From NCBI GenBank assembly GCA_023398335.1, contig JAEWSJ010000006.1:1881-65880 (forward strand): a stretch of DNA of 64,000 nt, in the 5' to 3' direction. A model generated the notes under the pieces. The model saw only the letters and a list, made by a program, of their open reading frames with translations, was not told the DNA's origin and made no database searches. Position numbers and translations under genes: made by a program. The DNA comes from Bacillota bacterium. Lineage in GTDB: Bacteria > Bacillota_I > Bacilli_A > RFN20 > CAG-288. Below, in pieces: positions 57,601 through 64,000 of the stretch; the stretch's first letter is position 1, and every line of letters starts with the position of its first letter.

Positions 57601-59346
57601 ATGTACGAAGATATTTTTAAGAAGATAGAAGATAATGACGTCATTACGATTTTTGGACATACTAATCCTGATGGCGATTGTTATGGATCAACTCAAGGTT
57701 TAAAAACTGCATTACAAGAGTTTTATCCAAATAAGAAAATTTATGTTAGTTCGACAAACTTTTATCGAATCCCTTTTTCATATCCATATGCGGATGAAAT
57801 AGATGATGAAACGATAAAAAATAGTTTAGCAATTATCTGCGACTTATCAAATAAGGCACGTATTGGAGACGCTCGTGCTTTTACCGCTAAAGATTTAATC
57901 AAAATTGATCACCACATTTTTACAGAAGAATTTGGTGGCTTAGAATATGTTGATGATTCTCGTGCTTCATGTTCAGATTATATCGCTGATATTTTATATT
58001 CTAAGTTTAAACATTTACCTAAACTTGCGGCAAGTTTGTTTTATTTAGGTATTACTACTGATTCCGGTAGATTCTTATATTCACCAAACGCTCAATTATT
58101 AAGTACCGCTTCAAAATTAATCAAAGATGGAGCGGATGTAAACTACATTTACGATACTTTATATGTTACTGATGAAAAATCTTTGAAATTTAAGAGTTAC
58201 TTATGGTCAGCTTATAAAACAACAACTTTAGGTGTCGCTTATTTAGTATTATCTAATAAAATATTACAAAAATGTGGTTATACCAAGAATGAAGCGGCTG
58301 GTTTTACTAATTCCATTGCAAAAATTGAAGCTTCGAAAATGCATGTGTTATTTATCGAAGGTGACGATGGAAAAGTTAGAGTTGAACTTCGTTCTTCTGG
58401 AAAAATTGATGTTCAAAAGATTGCGTGTAAGTTTAATGGTGGTGGTCATCTTAATGCTTCTGGCTGTGTATTAGAGCATTTAAGTGATTACAAAAAAGTC
58501 ATAAAAGAATGCGAAAAAACAATGTATAAATCGTTCTCACCTTATGGAAGAGAACTTAAAACAATGCTTAATCTCGTTTCTTTTGCGTCAAAGACCATTA
58601 TGACCTATTATCGTGATGGCTTTGATGTCGAAATAAAAGATGATAATTCTCCAGTTACATCTGCTGATAAAGCTGCGGATGTCTTAATTAGAGATGCCTT
58701 AGTCAAGAAATATCCTTCTTATGGATTATTGACTGAAGAAGATTATGATTCTAAAGAAAGACTTGATAAAGATTATGTCTTTATATTAGATCCTCTCGAT
58801 GGAACAAAAGATTTTGTTGCAAAAGACGATATGTTTGCTGTAAATCTAGCGCTTGTATATAAACATGAACCAGTTATTGGTGTAGTTGGTATTCCAGCTC
58901 AAGATAAAATTTACTTTGCAGTTAAAGGTAAAGGAAGTTTTGTTATTGAAAAAGGTAAAATGATTCGTCAGATTCATGTTTCCTCTAAAACTTCTTCTTT
59001 GACAGCTTTTGAATCTTGTTTCCATTCGGTTCAAGGACTGATTGATTTAATTGAAGCTAATTCAAAAATTACCAATCACTATAAGGTTGGTTCAGCTTTA
59101 AAAGCTTGTTTAATTGCAGAAGGTAAAGGTGAACTATGCTATACCATCGGTAGTGGAACAAAAGAATGGGATACTTGTGCTCCTCAACTTGTAGTTGAAG
59201 AAGCGGGTGGTATCTATTATTCAACAAAGAAAGAAAAAATAACATATAACAGAGAAGATGTGTATAATCGTGATGGCTTTATTATTGCAAATAGAGTTGA
59301 AAACGATGTTCTTGATTTAACAGGAGTTATAAAAAATGAAAAGTAA
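57601..59346 (+). CDS. nrnA: Fusion protein: DHH/DHHA1 NrnA-like oligoribonuclease/pAp phosphatase (N-terminal) plus inositol monophosphatase/CysQ-family 3'(2'),5'-bisphosphate nucleotidase (C-terminal)
   Basis: 581 aa. Residues 1 to about 310 carry DHH motifs (GHTNPDGDCYGS, IDHH) and a DHHA1 GGGH. Residues from about 320 to 581 carry IMPase-family motifs (LDPLDGTKDF, WDTCAPQLVVEEAGG). Confidence 0.8.
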   Translation: MYEDIFKKIEDNDVITIFGHTNPDGDCYGSTQGLKTALQEFYPNKKIYVSSTNFYRIPFSYPYADEIDDETIKNSLAIICDLSNKARIGDARAFTAKDLIKIDHHIFTEEFGGLEYVDDSRASCSDYIADILYSKFKHLPKLAASLFYLGITTDSGRFLYSPNAQLLSTASKLIKDGADVNYIYDTLYVTDEKSLKFKSYLWSAYKTTTLGVAYLVLSNKILQKCGYTKNEAAGFTNSIAKIEASKMHVLFIEGDDGKVRVELRSSGKIDVQKIACKFNGGGHLNASGCVLEHLSDYKKVIKECEKTMYKSFSPYGRELKTMLNLVSFASKTIMTYYRDGFDVEIKDDNSPVTSADKAADVLIRDALVKKYPSYGLLTEEDYDSKERLDKDYVFILDPLDGTKDFVAKDDMFAVNLALVYKHEPVIGVVGIPAQDKIYFAVKGKGSFVIEKGKMIRQIHVSSKTSSLTAFESCFHSVQGLIDLIEANSKITNHYKVGSALKACLIAEGKGELCYTIGSGTKEWDTCAPQLVVEEAGGIYYSTKKEKITYNREDVYNRDGFIIANRVENDVLDLTGVIKNEK

Positions 59347-60766
59347 ATTAATAAAAATTTTATCAATTGCAGTTATTTCTTTAGGATTGTTTTCTTCTTG
59401 TGAAGAAAATACTTCTTCAACCACAGCGCCTACTACTGATGATATTACTTTCTTTTCGGTTAATGATGTTCATGGATCTATTGAAGAATATACTTCTTCT
59501 TCCTCTTCATCTTATCAGGCGGGAATGTCGAAATTAAACACTGCTATCACTACTGATCCGGATTATAATTCTAATAGTGTTCTTTTGTCAGCTGGAGATA
59601 TGTTTCAAGGTTCAGCTTTGTCAAATTTAACTAATGGTCTAGCGATGGTTGATATTATGAATGATATGAAATTTGATGCCATGGCTATTGGTAATCATGA
59701 TTTCGACTGGGGTGTTGAGACTCTGAAAAACATGCAAAAAGCTGCAGAGTTTCCTTTCTTAGGTATTAATGTTAACTACAAAGATACAGGAGCAAGAGTT
59801 GATTTTGCGGTTCCATCAACTACGTTTGATAAAAACGGAATTAAAGTTGGGGTAATAGGTTCGATTTATAGCACTGCTGCCTCAGCAATATCCGCTTCAA
59901 AAATTACTAATATTCAATTTGTTTATGAAGCAACAATGGTTAAGAATGAAGCCAAAAGACTTAAACAAGTAGAAAAATGCGATATCGTTATTTTTGAAAC
60001 TCACTCTGGCATGTCTTCAACAATTGACGGTGTCTTAAGTGATGAAAACGTCGATGGTTGTTTCGGTGGACATACACATGTCATCAACAATGCTAAGGTA
60101 GGAAATAAATATTTCTTATGTGGTTCTTCAAATACCAAATCATATCAAAAGATGAAATTTACTCGTGTAAATAATAAGTATAAAGTTGAATCATCAAATA
60201 ATGCGATATGTTACCAAATATCAAATAAAAACACTTACCAAGCAACCCCGAGTATTGATAAGATTATAACTTCTGCTCGAGCAAAAATCGGACCAAAATT
60301 ATCCGAAGTATTAAGTACCGCAACAGATAATTTTAATTCTAGTCAAACAGGAAAATTTGTTTGTTCAGCTTTGTTAGATTATGCAAAAAGCAATAATGTC
60401 AATGCTGTAGCATCTTTCCACAATAGTTCTGGCATACGGGATAAAATCTACAAGGGAAATATTACTCTCGAATCAATCTATAAAATTTCTCCTTTCGATA
60501 ATGAAGTAAAAGTCATTAAAATGAAAAGAAGTTCGATTTTAAGTAATAAAACAGGTTTATATCATGTGATTGATGAAGAGGCGATAACAGATGAAGATGC
60601 CACTTATGAAGTCGTGGTCTTTGACTTCTTACTAACAAATTTTAATATTTTTAATCCGTATTCTGATACTCAATACAACATAAAAGATGAAGTTAAAGTT
60701 GTGCGTGATACGATTGTAGATTACGCAAAGAAATCTACTTCATTTAGTCCTTCATCATATAATTAA
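59336..60766 (+). CDS. Lipoprotein 5'-nucleotidase / UDP-sugar hydrolase family metallophosphoesterase
   Basis: 476 aa. Lipoprotein signal peptide with lipobox LFSSC. Calcineurin-like motifs (GDMFQG, GNHDFDWG, GGHTH) and a C-terminal 5'-nucleotidase substrate domain. Confidence 0.75.
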   Translation: MKSKLIKILSIAVISLGLFSSCEENTSSTTAPTTDDITFFSVNDVHGSIEEYTSSSSSSYQAGMSKLNTAITTDPDYNSNSVLLSAGDMFQGSALSNLTNGLAMVDIMNDMKFDAMAIGNHDFDWGVETLKNMQKAAEFPFLGINVNYKDTGARVDFAVPSTTFDKNGIKVGVIGSIYSTAASAISASKITNIQFVYEATMVKNEAKRLKQVEKCDIVIFETHSGMSSTIDGVLSDENVDGCFGGHTHVINNAKVGNKYFLCGSSNTKSYQKMKFTRVNNKYKVESSNNAICYQISNKNTYQATPSIDKIITSARAKIGPKLSEVLSTATDNFNSSQTGKFVCSALLDYAKSNNVNAVASFHNSSGIRDKIYKGNITLESIYKISPFDNEVKVIKMKRSSILSNKTGLYHVIDEEAITDEDATYEVVVFDFLLTNFNIFNPYSDTQYNIKDEVKVVRDTIVDYAKKSTSFSPSSYN

Positions 60767-60810
60767 GCGTTATAAAAAATTATTAAAAGCACTTTCAAGT
60801 AATTTTAAAA

Positions 60811-60842
60811 TAAAATGTCCCCAATGTAAAATGTCCCCAATG
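60811..60842. repeat. Tandem 16-bp direct repeat in the convergent intergenic region
   Basis: TAAAATGTCCCCAATG occurs twice (60811-60826 and 60827-60842). An imperfect inverted copy CATTGGGTACATTTT lies at 60873-60887. Confidence 0.7.
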
Positions 60843-60923
60843 ACTAGTACACTTTTTTATAAGTGTCTATTTCATTGGGTACATTTTAGTCATTAGGAAT
60901 ATGATTCTTTTATTTTGAATTAT

Positions 60924-61955
60924 TTAGTCTTCGTAGCCTTTTGGATTGTGTTTTTGCCAGTTGTTGGAATCTTTACACGCATCTAAAACTGTGTATTTAG
61001 CTTTAAATCCGAGTTCTTTGAAAGCTTTATCAGTTGAAGCGTAGTTTTCATCAACATCTCCAGCTCGACGTGGACAAATGACATAAGGAATGTTAACTCC
61101 GGTGGCTTCTTCATATGCGTGAACAAGTTCAAGAACTGAAGTTCCTTTTCCGGTACCAAGGTTATAAATAACTAAACCTGGTTCAGTAGCTAACTTTTTT
61201 AAAGTAAGGACGTGACCAGCAGCTAAATCCATGACATGGATGTAGTCTCTTACGCCGGTTCCATCTACGGTCTTATAATCATCTCCAAAGATACGGAGTT
61301 CTTTTAAGTTACCAACGGCAACTTGGGTAAGATATGGCATTAAATTGTTTGGAATACCATTTGGTTGTTCGCCGATAAGTCCGCTTTTATGGGCACCGAT
61401 TGGGTTGAAGTATCTTAATAATGCGATATTGGCTTCTTTATGCACATGGGCATAATCTTTTAATATTCCTTCAATGATTACTTTAGTTGTGCCATATGGG
61501 TTTGTTGTGCCACCGACAGGATCATCTTCGGTTAGTGGTACGTGTTTTGGAATTCCATAAACTGTTGCGGAAGAAGAAAAGATTAAGTTATTGCATTTAA
61601 ACTCAGACATAACTTCTAGTAAGGTTAAAGTTGAATCTAAATTATTACGGTAGTATTCAAGTGGTTTTTGGACTGATTCACCAACGGCTTTAAGACCGGC
61701 AAAATGAATTACTGCGTCAATCTTGTTTTCTTTAAATATCTTTTCTAAAGATGCTTTATTGCAACAATCAAATGGATAAAACTTAATATCGTTTTTTCCA
61801 GTGATAGTTAATAGTCTATCTAATACTTTTGAAGATGAATTAGCTAAATCATCAACAATAATTGGTGTATAGCCTTTTTCAATTAATTCAATAACGGTAT
61901 GACTACCGATATATCCCATTCCTCCAGTTACTAATACGGTTTTAATTTGATTCAT
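60924..61955 (-). CDS. galE: UDP-glucose 4-epimerase
   Basis: 343 aa. SDR Rossmann motif TGGMGYIGSH and catalytic YGTTK. Confidence 0.9.
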   Translation of the reverse strand: MNQIKTVLVTGGMGYIGSHTVIELIEKGYTPIIVDDLANSSSKVLDRLLTITGKNDIKFYPFDCCNKASLEKIFKENKIDAVIHFAGLKAVGESVQKPLEYYRNNLDSTLTLLEVMSEFKCNNLIFSSSATVYGIPKHVPLTEDDPVGGTTNPYGTTKVIIEGILKDYAHVHKEANIALLRYFNPIGAHKSGLIGEQPNGIPNNLMPYLTQVAVGNLKELRIFGDDYKTVDGTGVRDYIHVMDLAAGHVLTLKKLATEPGLVIYNLGTGKGTSVLELVHAYEEATGVNIPYVICPRRAGDVDENYASTDKAFKELGFKAKYTVLDACKDSNNWQKHNPKGYED

Positions 61956-61979
61956 TTATTTAATCCTCCTAAATCAATA

Positions 61980-62612
61980 TTATGAACGAAACGCTTGTGA
62001 GTTATATAAATTGTTAATATTCTTGGTAAAGAATGTTCCTTTTAGTTTCCATATTCTTTGTCTTCTTGCGAGCAAAGCTTGACATTGAACTAAATAGAAG
62101 ACTCCCGCTACACAGTAGATTAATGTTATTAATAGAGTGAAGTATTTATCGATTGACCAAGTCCAATCAGGATATTTAACGACATCTGGCCAGTTGTTCG
62201 GAATTGTTAAGCCGAAGAATTTTTCAGTTGGCCAAGACAACTCAAATGTTAATTCATTCCAAGATTTAACAAAATATGAATAATCATCAGAGTGCATAAA
62301 GCGAGTATAAAGAATAAAAACTAAGGTTGTTAAGAGTAGTAAAGTTGCACTTATCCATGATTGTTTTACAAAATAAACATGGGATTTATATGAAGCCTCA
62401 CGAACAAACTCTCTTTCTTTTGTTATTACTCTGGCCTTGGTAATGTCATACATCATTTTATCGATTATCATTCCTTGTCTCTTCATAATGTACGAGACTA
62501 ATTTTTGAAGGTAACCAATAAGAACAATAATAAGTAAAATAAGAAGGCATAAGCAAATTAAGACTCTTTTGTCATTTTCGGATAATTTAATTAAGGTAAC
62601 TATTGAACTCAT
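61980..62612 (-). CDS. Hypothetical membrane protein
   Basis: 210 aa with 3 predicted TM helices. No recognised family. Confidence 0.45.
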   Translation of the reverse strand: MSSIVTLIKLSENDKRVLICLCLLILLIIVLIGYLQKLVSYIMKRQGMIIDKMMYDITKARVITKEREFVREASYKSHVYFVKQSWISATLLLLTTLVFILYTRFMHSDDYSYFVKSWNELTFELSWPTEKFFGLTIPNNWPDVVKYPDWTWSIDKYFTLLITLIYCVAGVFYLVQCQALLARRQRIWKLKGTFFTKNINNLYNSQAFRS

Positions 62613-63070
62613 CTTTGATTACCTCCATTATTTGGATTGTTGTATTGATTATTATTTGGGTAATTATTTTGATTGTAGTTCTGTGAATTTTGAGGGTTTT
62701 GCGGATACTGATTATTACCTTGTGGTGGATAATAATTTCCATTATTCTGATTAGGATTATAGTTATTATTCATCGGTTGATTGTTGAAATAATTAGTATT
62801 CATCGGTTGTTGATGTTGTTGATATTGTGGTGCAGGAATAACATTAAGTGGTGTATTTTGTTGACCTTTTAGTATTGCTGCAGCTTTTTCATCATAAGCA
62901 GTTTTAATCGTGTATTTTTTGTGAGTGAGTAACGCAATTAGAAGTCTGAACGGAGACAAAATATATAATAATGTACCAAGGGCAACATAGACAGCAAAAA
63001 AAGCTAACCAAAGTGGTGACGAAATAATTACAATGACACCAATACCGCAAGTCTTTAAGAAATTAAGCAT
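62609..63070 (-). CDS. Hypothetical membrane-anchored protein with Q/N/P/Y-rich low-complexity C-terminal tail
   Basis: 153 aa. Two N-terminal TM helices, then a tail of about 85 aa that is more than 50% Asn/Gln and rich in Pro and Tyr (NQNNGNYYPPQGNNQYPQNPQN...). Confidence 0.5.
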   Translation of the reverse strand: MLNFLKTCGIGVIVIISSPLWLAFFAVYVALGTLLYILSPFRLLIALLTHKKYTIKTAYDEKAAAILKGQQNTPLNVIPAPQYQQHQQPMNTNYFNNQPMNNNYNPNQNNGNYYPPQGNNQYPQNPQNSQNYNQNNYPNNNQYNNPNNGGNQR

Positions 63071-63938
63071 TATTATCTCCTTTCTTTAAATCGAGAAGAT
63101 CAACTTCTTTTTCTTCAGATGAATCAGGTGTTTTATCTTTCTTAATTCTATAATATATTACCATAATAAATGTAACAACGAAATATAATATTTGTGATAA
63201 AAGATATAATAAAAACAAATCTTTTTTATTAAAAATAGAAGCCAATGAGAAAAAGAAAATTATTGAAAACGGAATAAGAGAAAGTAAGATAATATTTATC
63301 GCTTTATTTTTATGTTCTACAAGTAAAATAATGCGATAACATAAGATTACTTCAAAAATAGCAATTGATAAGTAACATATATTGCGAGCGTAGAAATAAG
63401 ATATACTTATCGAAATGAAACATAAAATAGATTCAACACCATATTCGATTGGCTCGTTGATCTTTATCGTCTTTGTTTTTAGATTTAGTTTTGGAATTTC
63501 ATTACTGATAATAATAAAAGTAATTAATGTTTGAATCACCGCTAATAGGAAATAAAAAGTCAAAAATATTTCCTTAAATATATCGATATTAATATTAAAT
63601 AATGTTGCGTAAATTTTTATCATGTCGACGTTAAATATCATGTTAATTGGATATATTAAGACTAATTCAATAATAAAAGTGAAAAGCAGGGTAATAAAAT
63701 AAGTCAAAAAAGATGATTCAAAATATTTGAACATATTACCATAGGCAACTCCAATTAGCGCATCAGGCAATAAATTAAAGAATCCTTCTTGAAAGTCAAT
63801 AAAGCAAACCATAACTGTGCAAAATAAATAAATCAACTGACCTTTATAGTTGGATTTTAAAGTAAAATATGCTGCTGCAAAAGGAATTATTATCATATTT
63901 AGCAATGACATGCCAGGAATTACATATGATAAAGACAA
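63063..63938 (-). CDS. Hypothetical polytopic membrane protein
   Basis: 291 aa with about 8 predicted TM helices and an acidic or charged C-terminus. It overlaps the next gene by 8 nt. Confidence 0.45.
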   Translation of the reverse strand: MSLSYVIPGMSLLNMIIIPFAAAYFTLKSNYKGQLIYLFCTVMVCFIDFQEGFFNLLPDALIGVAYGNMFKYFESSFLTYFITLLFTFIIELVLIYPINMIFNVDMIKIYATLFNINIDIFKEIFLTFYFLLAVIQTLITFIIISNEIPKLNLKTKTIKINEPIEYGVESILCFISISISYFYARNICYLSIAIFEVILCYRIILLVEHKNKAINIILLSLIPFSIIFFFSLASIFNKKDLFLLYLLSQILYFVVTFIMVIYYRIKKDKTPDSSEEKEVDLLDLKKGDNNA

Positions 63939-64000
63939 AAAAATAATACTTAAACCTAGAGTTAAACTAGCTAATGCAATCTGAGTATTTAATCTGCTGT

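Noticed and set aside
60811-60842. CRISPR-like array
   Set aside because: There are only two direct copies of a 16-bp unit, with no spacers and no cas genes. It is an intergenic repeat or terminator structure, not CRISPR.
1-64000. Possibility that the genome uses the Mycoplasma/Spiroplasma code (TGA=Trp, table 4), given the low GC and Mollicutes-like gene content
   Set aside because: Conserved genes terminate at TGA at their expected lengths, for example rlmN ending ...RQG-TGA at 13634-13636. Long ORFs are intact under the standard code, and the Trp residues I checked are TGG. The standard code (table 11) fits.
1-64000. Mobile elements, prophage or defence islands (transposase, integrase, RM, toxin-antitoxin, abortive infection genes)
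   Set aside because: No ORF shows DDE, tyrosine or serine recombinase, phage structural, restriction-modification or known defence-system motifs. The window is housekeeping plus envelope genes.
1-64000. tRNA or rRNA genes
   Set aside because: There is no GC-rich cloverleaf-like segment or T-arm GTTCGAATC-type motif in the intergenic regions, and no rRNA-like conserved stretches.

Overview
This 64 kb window is chromosomal core from a low-GC (about 30% GC by eye) monoderm bacterium with Bacillus-like gene order. It is likely Erysipelotrichia-like or Acholeplasma-like Bacillota. The standard genetic code is used: TGA terminates conserved ORFs, for example rlmN. The window is almost entirely protein-coding, about 60 CDS. 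I recognise no rRNA, tRNA, CRISPR array, transposase or integrase.

Recognisable housekeeping genes, in order, are proS, aminopeptidase P, trmL, rqcH/FbpA, gmk, priA, a degenerate rsmB, rlmN, a PP2C phosphatase, a PASTA-less Ser/Thr kinase, rsgA, rpe, thiN and rpmB. These are followed by pgi, an S1-domain protein, ispD, lemA, gpmI, ppa, tal/fsa and hpt.

Next comes a cell-envelope glycolipid cluster: glf, an aldehyde dehydrogenase, two LPLAT acyltransferases, a GT2 glycosyltransferase, a membrane-anchored XRE regulator, a CIRCE-controlled hsp20 and a GT8 glycosyltransferase.

The remainder carries rny, ymdB, miaB, ricA/ymcA, mutS, mutL, a miaA-tcdA fusion, fhs, folD and two tandem MacB-like fused ABC transporters. 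After these come cspA, ychF, ispF, a DUF1934 gene, argS, rpoE(delta), fba, an nrnA-IMPase fusion, a lipoprotein 5'-nucleotidase and galE. The window ends with three membrane proteins, one carrying a Q/N-rich tail.

I did not find a single striking novel system. The main points of interest are:
- a catalytically dead RsmB homologue held in conserved synteny;
- two unusual domain fusions, MiaA-TcdA (two tRNA A37 modifiers) and NrnA-IMPase/CysQ (two pAp-phosphatase folds);
- tandem CIRCE operators on hsp20;
- an endonuclease I surface lipoprotein, with repeats that could drive size or phase variation, inserted where def-fmt normally sit;
- a galE/glf/GT2 route consistent with galactofuranosyl glycolipid synthesis.
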